Assembly: GCA_965116025.1 (NCBI GenBank)
Contig: OZ220480.1
Coordinates: 480,001-544,000 of the forward strand
Origin: an uncultured candidatus Porisulfidus sp.
GTDB lineage: Bacteria; Pseudomonadota; Gammaproteobacteria; Poriferisulfidales; Poriferisulfidaceae
Direction: 5' to 3'
DNA length: 64,000 nt
Shown here: piece by piece, positions 8,598-16,883 of the stretch
Layout: every line of letters starts with the position of its first letter
Position numbering within the stretch: the first letter of the stretch is position 1
Made by a program: the position numbers and the translations under genes
The notes under the pieces: model-generated
What the model was told of the DNA's origin: nothing
Databases searched by the model: none
What the model saw: only the letters and a program-made list of their open reading frames with translations

Positions 8598-9780
8598 GAA
8601 TCGTTCGGGATGGCGAGTGGACGACCGCGATGGCGTCCGTGATATGGATGTCGACGTCGCGGCCGGCGGGAACCACCACCGCGTCCCAAGTGTCGTTGGC
8701 GAAACGCCGCAGGAAATCTCCGTACGCGGTGGCCGCTCCCTGGACCGTCTGCCCGAGCAGGTAGCGGAACGCGTCGCCCTCGACCCGGGTCGTCTCGACG
8801 TCTCCCTCGACGTCGCGCCGCACCTGCGACTCGGCGAACGCCCCGCCAGCCCCGGCCAGGACGCCGGCCAGCAGATGCCTGCTCATGTCTTCGGGAGCCG
8901 TGGTGCGGATCTCTCCGCTCAGGCAGGGGTTTCCGGATTTGTCGGCCAAATAGCCGAAACCCTCCCGCTCTGGAGCCTTCGCGACGTGGAAGGTTCCATC
9001 GTCGAACACGTAGACCAGACTCCGGATCGACGCGCTCGCGCACGACAGCACCGCGTCGCCGCGAACGACGCCACGCCACAGAATACCGCGCAGTTGCGGC
9101 AGTCGGACCCCGTTCGCCGTCAGGTTGTCGGCTTGGCTCACGACGACGAACGGCCACGGATCTCGCACGGCCCCGCCGCGGGGAATGCGGCCGACCAGCG
9201 CGGTCAGGGAGACCCCGGCCAGGATCGATGGAGGAATGTGGAATCTCGTCCGCTCGTCGAGTCGCTCGCCCGGAACCAGATCGTCCGAGACCATCTCCAT
9301 GCCGCGTCGCAACAGTCTTCCGCCGTCGACCGGCTCCACCCAGCTCAGTCGCGTGGAGACCGGCGTCTCCGGGAAATCGGCCGCCACGGCGGCAGGCGGC
9401 TCATGGGTCAGGGTGGACAGATCGAACGCTCTCTCGCCATGGCTCTCCTCGCCTCCCAAGGAGGGAGCCGATCGCGCCGCCGGCGCGTCCTCGAGATTCG
9501 GATCGCGCCGCGCCAACCGCTCGACGCGCGCCCTCAGCGCGTCGAGCGACTCGCTCAGCTTCCGGGTCCGTTCCGCCTGATCCAGAATCTTCCGCTCCAG
9601 GCGACGCATGCCCGTCGCCGCGGCGCGCACCTCCTCGGCGGTCTCGTCGAGCTCCCTGCTGGAAGAGACGGGACTCTCCGGCTCGACGGGCGGCGGCGAG
9701 AAGGACAGGAACGCCGCCATCAGCGCCAGCAGCCCGGCGACCCCGGCGAGCGACTTGAGCAACGTCGCGCGCGTGGTCAT
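8548..9780 (-). CDS. VirB10/TrbI-like ICE protein, TIGR03752 family
   Basis: N-term TM anchor and coiled coil; 'LTALVGRIP..G.V.DPWPF', 'NLTANGV.LP', 'GD..LSC', 'D..GNPCLSG', 'DAVVVPAG..V.IHI'; start 9780 coupled to upstream stop. Confidence 0.9.
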   Translation of the reverse strand: MTTRATLLKSLAGVAGLLALMAAFLSFSPPPVEPESPVSSSRELDETAEEVRAAATGMRRLERKILDQAERTRKLSESLDALRARVERLARRDPNLEDAPAARSAPSLGGEESHGERAFDLSTLTHEPPAAVAADFPETPVSTRLSWVEPVDGGRLLRRGMEMVSDDLVPGERLDERTRFHIPPSILAGVSLTALVGRIPRGGAVRDPWPFVVVSQADNLTANGVRLPQLRGILWRGVVRGDAVLSCASASIRSLVYVFDDGTFHVAKAPEREGFGYLADKSGNPCLSGEIRTTAPEDMSRHLLAGVLAGAGGAFAESQVRRDVEGDVETTRVEGDAFRYLLGQTVQGAATAYGDFLRRFANDTWDAVVVPAGRDVDIHITDAIAVVHSPSRTIHDHSISPRGVSLGGLD

Positions 9781-10541
9781 CGGGCATGCTCGAACGGAAC
9801 GGAGGAGATCAGCACCACGGTGGTCGTGTCCCGGGCGCTTCCAGACGCGTCCAGACGAGGATGCGCGATGGTGGCGGCCATGAACCGTCCGCGGATATCG
9901 CGAGGATCGAGCGTCAGCGGCTCGGACAACCGGTTGCGCACCATGATCGCGGTCACGTGATAGGGGCGCGCCTCCCACGCGGCGTGAGGCACGGACTCGA
10001 CCGCGCCCCCGCACGCGGACGGATGCCGCGCCCGGCAGCGAAACAGGTCGACGGGACGATCCTCGACCGTCGTCCGCCGGATGCCGGGCACCGAGACCTC
10101 GCGGAGATCGGGCGCGTACAGGGACTGCACGGCGTACCGCATCAGCGTCACGTACCCGGGAGGCCGCGCCGATGGATGCGCGAGAGCGGACCGGGGACCT
10201 TCCGGGGCCACCACGATGTCCAGAGGCTCCGTCGGCGCCTGGGCGTCGGCCCGAACGCTCAGCACCAGCAGCCCAGCCTCGGTCTCGAGGTACACGCGCT
10301 TCGGGGGAAAGGAGTCGCGGGCGGTGAACCAGACGTGAGGACCGGCGCTCTCGACTCGCAAGAGCTCTCTCAGCTTCCCGGAAAGTCCGACGCGGATTTC
10401 CCTCGCGCCCCGGATCTCGACGCGACGCTCCTCGCCGACCGGCAGCGGCACGGGGAGCGGGTCGCCCGTGTAGGTCAGCGACGACGCCCCAAGCGCGGGC
10501 AGGGACGCCAAGCATAGCGACAGCGCCGCGAGTCGCTTCAT
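9777..10541 (-). CDS. ICE periplasmic protein, TIGR03749 family
   Basis: Signal peptide; 'PLPV.LPVGEERRV', 'VTLMRYAVQSLYAP', 'LTLDPRDIRG.FMAAT..H..L'. Confidence 0.88.
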   Translation of the reverse strand: MKRLAALSLCLASLPALGASSLTYTGDPLPVPLPVGEERRVEIRGAREIRVGLSGKLRELLRVESAGPHVWFTARDSFPPKRVYLETEAGLLVLSVRADAQAPTEPLDIVVAPEGPRSALAHPSARPPGYVTLMRYAVQSLYAPDLREVSVPGIRRTTVEDRPVDLFRCRARHPSACGGAVESVPHAAWEARPYHVTAIMVRNRLSEPLTLDPRDIRGRFMAATIAHPRLDASGSARDTTTVVLISSVPFEHAR

Positions 10542-11170
10542 TCGAGAGCCGACATGTGCGAGCGCAAGCGCTCGGGAGGGCGGTATTGCCGGTTCAGGGC
10601 CAAGCCCCACTCGTTGGTTTCCGGGTCGGCATCGAGCAGAACGACCTCCAGAAAATAGCGGACGTCGATGTCCTTGTAGAGCTGGTCCTCCACGTAATCC
10701 CGGAGGCGGACGTCGAGGACGACCCGCCAGGCGTCTCGTCCGAGCGGGCTCACGGATTCGTTGCCGTAGCTGCCGGGGACCGGGCTGACGCTTCGTTGCC
10801 GGTTTCGGAATTGGGATTCGTGGCGCCGGTGCTCGCGGCTCAGCTGGGAGCGATAGCCCGGAGTGAGGAACGAGGACAGCCGCCGAATGTTCTTCAGATT
10901 GTCCACGGCGCCGTTGTCGGTCCAGTTGTTGATCTGCTGGTGGATATAGCCAGCGAAGACGTACGCTTCCCAAGGCTGGATCTCGTCGCCGCGCAAGGTC
11001 GCGCCATAGCGCAGTTGAGGCGGCAGACTCAGGCGCTGCGTTCCGGACGCGTGCCACCAGCCGGCGTAGGCCAGCAGTTGCGAGGCGACCAGAAACGCCA
11101 AGCCGACGTACAGCGTCCGCACGTGGCGGCGGCGGTTCAGCTCCTCGTCGCGGAAGCCGCGCGGCGTCAT
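10538..11170 (-). CDS. ICE protein, TIGR03746 (PFL_4703-like) family
   Basis: 'HVRTL', TM helix, 'PPQLR.G', 'YVFAGYIHQQINNW..NG', 'FLTP', 'DPETNEWGLAL'. Confidence 0.88.
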   Translation of the reverse strand: MTPRGFRDEELNRRRHVRTLYVGLAFLVASQLLAYAGWWHASGTQRLSLPPQLRYGATLRGDEIQPWEAYVFAGYIHQQINNWTDNGAVDNLKNIRRLSSFLTPGYRSQLSREHRRHESQFRNRQRSVSPVPGSYGNESVSPLGRDAWRVVLDVRLRDYVEDQLYKDIDVRYFLEVVLLDADPETNEWGLALNRQYRPPERLRSHMSALE

Positions 11171-11490
11171 CGATCCATCCTCCAAGGACCTTCCCGCCAG
11201 ACGATTCCGGCGCTCTTCCCGAAATGCCGGGCGGCCCGTTGCAGGTAGCAGTTGGGCGGCCGGTTTCGTTTGAGATTCCGCAACGCCGTGCCCGCCAGCA
11301 GCACGGTGGCGAACGCGTTCAGCACCAGCGCCGGAAGCGCCCACAGCAGGGAACCGGCCCAGAGACAGAGCAGCCCGGCCCCCGCCGCGCCCGGAATCAG
11401 CGACAGCAGAATCGTCGCCGTCAGCTCGGTGCCGCTGAGGCCCCGAAACATGGGCGGCTCGAAGCCGAGCGGAGAGGCGGGCCGCGTCAT
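11167..11490 (-). CDS. ICE membrane protein, TIGR03750 family (VirB3-like position)
   Basis: 'EPPMFRGLS..EL', two TM helices, 'LKRNRP'; ATGA-type coupling on both sides. Confidence 0.85.
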   Translation of the reverse strand: MTRPASPLGFEPPMFRGLSGTELTATILLSLIPGAAGAGLLCLWAGSLLWALPALVLNAFATVLLAGTALRNLKRNRPPNCYLQRAARHFGKSAGIVWREGPWRMDR

Positions 11491-11837
11491 TCGAAATCGG
11501 ACAGGATCTGCCCGCCCATATAGCCCATCAGGGCGATGATGATCACCACCAGCAACCCGGTCCCCAAGTAGATCCCCAGACTCCCCCAGTCGCCCTTGAG
11601 GCGGGCTTGGTTGAGTTTCGCTATCAAGCCGCCGCCATAGCCTAGGAAGGCCCCCACCACGAGGAGCCCGAACATCAGGGCCATGCCCGTGATCGCGACG
11701 GACTTGATGAACGCGAACGGGTCGGTCGCGTCGGCGGCGACTCCGTCGAAGACGGGCAAGTCCAACGTGTTGACCGCGAGTCCCCAGCGCGGATGCGACG
11801 CCATCGCGCAAGCCAGAGCCAACACGGCGCGCCTCAC
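11487..11837 (-). CDS. ICE membrane protein / putative pilin, TIGR03745 family
   Basis: Signal peptide, two TM helices flanking 'KGDWGSLG'; synteny. Confidence 0.75.
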   Translation of the reverse strand: MRRAVLALACAMASHPRWGLAVNTLDLPVFDGVAADATDPFAFIKSVAITGMALMFGLLVVGAFLGYGGGLIAKLNQARLKGDWGSLGIYLGTGLLVVIIIALMGYMGGQILSDFE

Positions 11838-11841
11838 GGCC

Positions 11842-12081
11842 TCACTCCGCGAAGGCGATCACGGCGACCACCATGCAGAACACCAGGCCCGCCCACAGAA
11901 TCTGGGTGGCGACCTCGCCCACCGTCAGGGTCTCGTCGCGCAACTGCCGCAAGCTGGACGTGGCGATCCAGGACGCCCAGAGAGTCACGGCCAGCAGGCA
12001 GGCCGCGGCGATCGTCCCCGCGAGCGTCTCGCCCGAGATGCCCGAGGTGACCTCGAACTGATCGAGAAGGGGATCACTCAT
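11842..12081 (-). CDS. Small ICE membrane protein, TIGR03758-like
   Basis: 'F...SGI', 'LWASW', two TM helices; lies directly after the RAQPRD gene. Confidence 0.7.
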   Translation of the reverse strand: MSDPLLDQFEVTSGISGETLAGTIAAACLLAVTLWASWIATSSLRQLRDETLTVGEVATQILWAGLVFCMVVAVIAFAE

Positions 12082-12490
12082 GCGACCGATAGTCTCCGGT
12101 GATGTCCACGCTGTCGCGCGGAGCCGTCTCGGACACGGCCAAGGTGCGCCGCAGGCCAGTCATGATTCGGTCGAACTCGTCCGCCAGGCGCGCGTAGTCC
12201 ACCCGCACGCGGGCGCGCTCGTCACGGCGCGCGTGGGCCTCGTCGATCAGATGCCGCGCCAGTCGCAGCTCATGCAGCAATTGCCCGAGGATCCGTCGCT
12301 CGCCGGTATCCGGGCGCGTCAGGTAGTCGGGAACCAGCGCCGAGGATGCCGAATGGTCGACCAGCCGCGCCCGCGGGGCGGGATCCAACTCCCGAGGTTG
12401 CGAAACCGGAACCGGATCATGCGATTTCCCGCACCCTGCCGCCAGTAGCGCCAGGAGCGCGCCCGCCAGCCATTCAGCATATCTCGACAT
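12074..12490 (-). CDS. RAQPRD-family ICE protein (lipoprotein-like N-terminus)
   Basis: 'DYARLADEFDRIMTGLRR.L....APRD...ITGDY'; lipobox-like 'AAGC'. Confidence 0.8.
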   Translation of the reverse strand: MSRYAEWLAGALLALLAAGCGKSHDPVPVSQPRELDPAPRARLVDHSASSALVPDYLTRPDTGERRILGQLLHELRLARHLIDEAHARRDERARVRVDYARLADEFDRIMTGLRRTLAVSETAPRDSVDITGDYRSHE

Positions 12491-12605
12491 TTCCTAGACC
12501 TCCCGTCTGGTGAGGGCCGCCTAAGACAAAACGGCCCTACGGCGCCCCAATCCATGGGGTTCCGCCGCCCGTGCAGTCTCGCCCATGGACCCGCGAAAGG
12601 CAAGA

Positions 12606-12635
12606 AGAAATGGTCACAATTTCGTGACCATTTTT
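12606..12635. promoter_or_regulatory. Palindromic putative operator AAATGGTCAC-N6-GTGACCATTT (copy 1)
   Basis: Perfect 10-bp inverted repeat (12608-12617/12624-12633) in an AT-rich spacer upstream of RAQPRD; 29/30 identical to 13816-13845. Confidence 0.6.
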
Positions 12636-12717
12636 TCGATACGCAAGATAATGATTCTTCGATGAAATTTGTGTATAGAAACGAAAAATGTAAAGTGATT
12701 TTGATTATGTAAAGTTT

Positions 12718-13104
12718 TCAGCGGCCCTCTTCCACCGAGAGCCGCGCCAGCTCCTCGCGGTAGATCTCCTCGAACTCCATCGTCCGACGATAGAAATCGA
12801 GCATGAAGCGGGCGTTCTCCCGAGCGAATCGCCGACGCTCCTCCGGATCGTCGGCGTAGACGCCCAGAACCTCGTACGGAGTCATCTCGGCCAGTGGCTC
12901 GCCGATCAGAGCGCGACGCGATTGATACCGCCGCCACTCCTCCTCGCTCAGCCGCGACCACTGGAGCGCGCGATCGTCAGTGAGCAGCGACCGGCTCGTC
13001 TCCTCGCGGGCCGCGCGCGCGTCCAGCAGGGCCGACGCCGCGACGCCGGCCAGAAGCGCGAGTCCGGCCAGCCACCCGGTCACCCGGTATCCCGCCCCGC
13101 TCAT
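12718..13104 (-). CDS. TIGR03759-like ICE protein (short form)
   Basis: 'W.RLSEEEWRRY', 'MTPYEVLGVYA..PEERRRFA', 'E.EE.YRE'; ends before the usual C-terminal region. Confidence 0.75.
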   Translation of the reverse strand: MSGAGYRVTGWLAGLALLAGVAASALLDARAAREETSRSLLTDDRALQWSRLSEEEWRRYQSRRALIGEPLAEMTPYEVLGVYADDPEERRRFARENARFMLDFYRRTMEFEEIYREELARLSVEEGR

Positions 13105-13751
13105 CGCTTCTCCAAGAGCCGTTCGGTCGCGCCGTCGCTGACCCGCAGCTTTCCGCCAGCCCGATCTATCGCGCGAATCCTCCAGCCGAGCCGGGACTCG
13201 CCCTCTCGGACCGGGAGAATGCGCCCCTGATGCTCAAGCAACGCGTACGGCCGCCCATGCCATACCTCGACCCCTCGAAAAGTGAACGCCGGTTCCGCGG
13301 ACGCCTGATTCGCCGGCTCTTCCAGCGAAGCCAGCAATCGATCCACGCCGCGCTCCAAAGCCCGCAGTCTTTGGCCCATATCCTGCAGGCCCGAGAGTTG
13401 CGTCTCGACCTTCTCGTCCAGCCTTCTCTCCCACTCCCCGCGCGCTCGCGCCCGCTCTAGGCGCCGCTTCTCGGAGGACTCGAGGCCGCGCCGATTCCAT
13501 TCGTCGAGACGGGCCTCCAAAGCATGCGCCAGAGATTCCGACAACTCCCCGATGTCGATCTCGAAGGCCGCGCTGGCCAGCGACGGAGGATCGGCCGGGT
13601 GGAGCGCGTCCAACCCCGGGTCGGGAATCGAGATCGTCCCGCGCGAGACCGGCAACGCGATAAGGACGAGAGCGGTGAGCGACAATGAGAATATCACTCC
13701 CGCCGCCACCCAGATCCGCCAGCGCGGACGGGCTGATTTTCCAGAATTCAT
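13101..13751 (-). CDS. ICE-associated membrane-anchored coiled-coil protein (normally upstream of TIGR03759)
   Basis: N-term TM, coiled coil, C-term 'PAFTFRGVEVWHG....L....ILPVREGES..GWRIRAID'. Confidence 0.7.
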   Translation of the reverse strand: MNSGKSARPRWRIWVAAGVIFSLSLTALVLIALPVSRGTISIPDPGLDALHPADPPSLASAAFEIDIGELSESLAHALEARLDEWNRRGLESSEKRRLERARARGEWERRLDEKVETQLSGLQDMGQRLRALERGVDRLLASLEEPANQASAEPAFTFRGVEVWHGRPYALLEHQGRILPVREGESRLGWRIRAIDRAGGKLRVSDGATERLLEKR

Positions 13752-13772
13752 GGGATTTTCCCTCGGTGATTT

Positions 13773-13803
13773 CGCGAAACGTCCGTTCTACCGCGAAACG
13801 TCC
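13773..13803. repeat. 12-bp direct repeat CGCGAAACGTCC x2 (19-bp period)
   Basis: Copies at 13773-13784 and 13792-13803 in the leader of the first T4SS gene. Confidence 0.7.
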
Positions 13804-13815
13804 AAGAAGTAAACG

Positions 13816-13845
13816 AGAAATAGTCACAATTTCGTGACCATTTTT
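13816..13845. promoter_or_regulatory. Palindromic putative operator (copy 2)
   Basis: AGAAATAGTCACAATTTCGTGACCATTTTT, 1 mismatch to copy 1, upstream of the first T4SS gene. Confidence 0.6.
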
Positions 13846-13970
13846 AACTCTCATGAATCAATGATTTGAGGGAATTGATCTTGAGGTCGGGCGAAATTCG
13901 CGCGCGAATCCGTCCCTCTCGCCCGGCGGGCGGGCGCGATTTTTCCGGGACGCGGCGGCGCGTTCCGCGC

Positions 13971-14705
13971 CTATTCGATCCAGATCAGCGTCGCCATGCG
14001 TCCGGTCGCTCGATCCCGCCGGCACGAATAAAAACGTCGCCGATCCTCGAAAACGCATCCCTCGAAGCGGTAGAGCCGCTCGATTCCGGCCCACCGCAAC
14101 TGCCACGCCGCGGCCGCCCCCAGATCCATCAGCCAGCGACCCGGGCGCCGGGACGGTCGCGTCGCGGCCTGGGCGAGCTCCTCGCCCAGCGCCGCCCGAA
14201 CCGGGCCATCCACCTCGTAGCGACCTGCGCTGATCGCCGGGCCCAGCCAAGCGAGAAGATCTTCCGGCGGCCCCGGGTAGGCGCGAACCGCCGCGCGCGC
14301 GACGTTCGCGACGACGCCACGCCAGCCGACATGCGCCGCGGCCACCCACTCGCCGCGCCGCGAGCACAATAGCACCGGCAGGCAGTCCGCCGTCTGCACG
14401 ACGCATACCGGTCCCGCTCGAGCGGCGTAGCTCGCGTCCGCCGAGGCGAGCTCGGGCTCCACCCGCGCCTCCCGGACCTCGGCCCCATGCCGCTGATCCA
14501 GCCAATACGGCTCGCTCGGAAGTCCCAGGCCGCGCGACAGGATCTCCCGGTTCTTCCTCGCGTCCTCGGGCCGGTCGCCCACATGCGTGGCCAGATTGAA
14601 GCTCGCGCGCGCGCCTCGACTGACCCCGCCGATCCTGGTGCTCGAGGCGGCCCGCACGCGGCGGGGCGCTGGCCAGTCAGGAAACACGTATTCCGGATCA
14701 GTCAC
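13971..14705 (-). CDS. pgeF: Peptidoglycan editing factor / purine nucleoside phosphorylase YfiH
   Basis: 'FNLATHVGD', 'LDQRHG', 'TADCLPVL', 'AAHVGWRG', 'FYSCRR..TGRMA'; GTG start overlapping the rluD end. Confidence 0.93.
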   Translation of the reverse strand: MTDPEYVFPDWPAPRRVRAASSTRIGGVSRGARASFNLATHVGDRPEDARKNREILSRGLGLPSEPYWLDQRHGAEVREARVEPELASADASYAARAGPVCVVQTADCLPVLLCSRRGEWVAAAHVGWRGVVANVARAAVRAYPGPPEDLLAWLGPAISAGRYEVDGPVRAALGEELAQAATRPSRRPGRWLMDLGAAAAWQLRWAGIERLYRFEGCVFEDRRRFYSCRRDRATGRMATLIWIE

Positions 14706-15645
14706 GGCCCTCTTCCAAAAGAGCCAGCAGGCGTCGAAAATCTTCCGGCTCCTCCGCCTTCCAGTGAAGCGAGATCCCGCGCGTCGGGTGCCGAAGTCGC
14801 AGGGCGCGGGCGTGCAGCGCCTGGCGCCCGAACCCCCGCACCGCGTCGCGGACGGAAGCGGGAGCGCCGGCCGGGCTTCTCGCCCGACCACCGTACGCCG
14901 GATCCCCGACCACCGGATGCCCCAAGTGCGCCAGATGCACCCGGATCTGGTGCGTCCGCCCGGTCTCGAGCCGGATATCGAGCAAGGCCAGTCCCTGGAA
15001 TCCGCGGGCCACCCGGAAATGCGTGATAGCCTCCCTGCCGCCGTCGCGCACGCACATGCGCTGGCGCCGTCGGGGATGCCGCCCGATCGGCTCCTTGATC
15101 GTCCCGCCCGCGACCGGCTCGCCTTGGACCAAGGCGCGATATCGCCGCTCGACCTCCCGCGCCTGGAGCTGCCGGGTCAGCACCGCGCACGCTTCCGCGG
15201 TGCGCGCCACCGCCACCAGCCCGGTCGTGTCGCGATCCAGCCGATGCACGATACCCGCCCGGGGCACCAAAGCGGTCTCCGGGAAGTGGAAGAGGAGGGC
15301 GTTCTGGATAGTACCGTCCGGATGTCCCGGCGCCGGGTGCATGACCTGCCCGGCCGCCTTGTCCAGAACGATCAGCTCCTCGTCGGCGAACACGACGCTC
15401 AGCGGCAAGTCTTGCGGCGCGCATCGCGAGGGCGAGGCGACTGGCGGCCAGATCTCGATCCGCTCGCGCCCATCCACCAGATCCCGGGGGCGGGCGGTCT
15501 CGCCCTCCACCAGCACGCGCCCCGCGCGGATCCAGTCCTGCAGCCGCCGGCGAGAGAACTGGTCCAGCGTCCGGGCCAGCGCGACGTCCAAGCGCGCGCC
15601 GGCCTGATCTTCCGGCACTTCCAGTTTCAGAGGGAATTCGTCCAA
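14698..15645 (-). CDS. rluD: 23S rRNA pseudouridine synthase D
   Basis: S4 domain 'RLDVAL', 'GIVHRLDRDTTG', 'LETGRTHQIRVH', 'RQALHA'. Confidence 0.96.
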   Translation of the reverse strand: MDEFPLKLEVPEDQAGARLDVALARTLDQFSRRRLQDWIRAGRVLVEGETARPRDLVDGRERIEIWPPVASPSRCAPQDLPLSVVFADEELIVLDKAAGQVMHPAPGHPDGTIQNALLFHFPETALVPRAGIVHRLDRDTTGLVAVARTAEACAVLTRQLQAREVERRYRALVQGEPVAGGTIKEPIGRHPRRRQRMCVRDGGREAITHFRVARGFQGLALLDIRLETGRTHQIRVHLAHLGHPVVGDPAYGGRARSPAGAPASVRDAVRGFGRQALHARALRLRHPTRGISLHWKAEEPEDFRRLLALLEEGRD

Positions 15646-15684
15646 CGGCCGCTCCCGGAGCAGGGCTTCATCGTAGCATCACGT

Positions 15685-15690
15685 TATAAT
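15685..15690 (+). promoter_or_regulatory. Sigma70 -10 box for bamD
   Basis: Perfect TATAAT 25 nt upstream of the bamD ATG. Confidence 0.5.
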
Positions 15691-15715
15691 TCGCGAGTTC
15701 GGCCCGATCCCCGCG

Positions 15716-16879
15716 ATGCGCCTCTCCCCTGTCGTTCCCTGTCTTCTGTCGTCCTCGTTACTGCTGGCCGCGTGCGGGCTGTTGCCGGACGCGCCGGAGA
15801 CCGAGTACGAGGGGAAATCCGCGGCGCAACTGTACGCCATGGGACTTTCCTATCGACGCGGAGGCGACTTCACCAAGGCGATCGAGGCGTTCGAGCACTT
15901 GGAATCGGGATATCCCTTCGATCCGTACGCGCAGCAGGGACTGCTGGAGATGGCGTACTCCATGTATCGGCAGGAAGAGTACACCGAGTCGATCGTCACG
16001 CTCAATCGCTTCATCAAGCAAAACCCTCTGCACGCGCACATCGCGTACGCGCACTACATGCTTGGCGTCTCCTATCTGGATTACGGACGCACCCTGCTGC
16101 ACTACATCCTTCCCTACATCCGCCACAACAAGGATCCGACCCCCTGGCTGCGCTCGTTCACGAACTTCTCTCTGGTCGTGACGAAATATCCACGATCCCA
16201 ATACGCGCCGGACGCCCGGCAGCACACGATCTTCCTGCGCAATCTTCTGGCGCGCTACGAGATGCATGTCGCGGATTTCTATTTGCGCCGCAAGGCCTAC
16301 GTCGCCGTGGTCAACCGGAGCAAGCGCGCGCTGAGCCGCTATCACGGGGCTCCGAACATGGACGACATGCTTTGGTATCTGGAGCAGGGCTACCGCCATC
16401 TGGAGATGCACCAGCTCGCGGACGACGCGCGAAGCGTCCGGGACCTGAACTTCCCGGAGTACGAGGCCCGCAAGGCGGCCGAGGAAGAGGAGCCGACCTG
16501 GTTATCCAGAACGGGCGAGTGGGCCAACGACATGGTCGACGAGGCGGCCATTTTCGTCGGGTTCGACATCGAGGAGCTGCCGCCGCCCGATTTTCGCGGC
16601 AAGTACCAAAGAGTCTCCCTGCATCTCGGCGAGACCGAGGAATTCCTCGCCGCGCACGAGCCGGACAAGATCGTGGTCAGCGAGGTCCCGAGCGGTCATG
16701 TCCCGACCTCGGACATCGACGACGAGGACCTGTGGGCCCAGTTTCTCAGGCTCTTCGGCCTTTCCGAAGACGAGGAGCTCCCAAGCGCCCCTCAGGGCGA
16801 GTCGGAGCCCGCCGCCCCGGAAACGTCCGCGCCAGAGGAAGAATCCGCGCCCGACCCGGAGCCGGCGGCCGGACCTTGA
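15716..16879 (+). CDS. bamD: Outer membrane protein assembly factor BamD (ComL) with long acidic C-terminal extension
   Basis: Lipobox 'LAAC', TPR motifs 'YPFDPYAQQ', 'YAPDAR', 'LARYEMHVADFYLRRKAYVAVVNR'; divergent from rluD. Confidence 0.93.
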   Translation: MRLSPVVPCLLSSSLLLAACGLLPDAPETEYEGKSAAQLYAMGLSYRRGGDFTKAIEAFEHLESGYPFDPYAQQGLLEMAYSMYRQEEYTESIVTLNRFIKQNPLHAHIAYAHYMLGVSYLDYGRTLLHYILPYIRHNKDPTPWLRSFTNFSLVVTKYPRSQYAPDARQHTIFLRNLLARYEMHVADFYLRRKAYVAVVNRSKRALSRYHGAPNMDDMLWYLEQGYRHLEMHQLADDARSVRDLNFPEYEARKAAEEEEPTWLSRTGEWANDMVDEAAIFVGFDIEELPPPDFRGKYQRVSLHLGETEEFLAAHEPDKIVVSEVPSGHVPTSDIDDEDLWAQFLRLFGLSEDEELPSAPQGESEPAAPETSAPEEESAPDPEPAAGP

Positions 16880-16883
16880 CCGA

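Larger units (their letters stand above)
476..13850 (-). mobile_element. ICE-derived type G (PFGI-1 class) T4SS/mating-pair-formation cluster, apparently incomplete as a mobile element
   Basis: Ordered set of PFGI-1-class conjugation genes including VirB4; no integrase, relaxase, T4CP or att site seen in the window. Confidence 0.8.

Noticed and set aside
12608-12633. CRP/FNR site interpretation of the palindrome
   Set aside because: Arms are GTCAC-N6-GTGAC, the reverse of CRP TGTGA-N6-TCACA and unlike FNR TTGAT-N4-ATCAA
12647-12665. Fur box (GATAATGAT...) upstream of RAQPRD
   Set aside because: Only the half-site matches (~10/19), which is expected by chance in an AT-rich spacer
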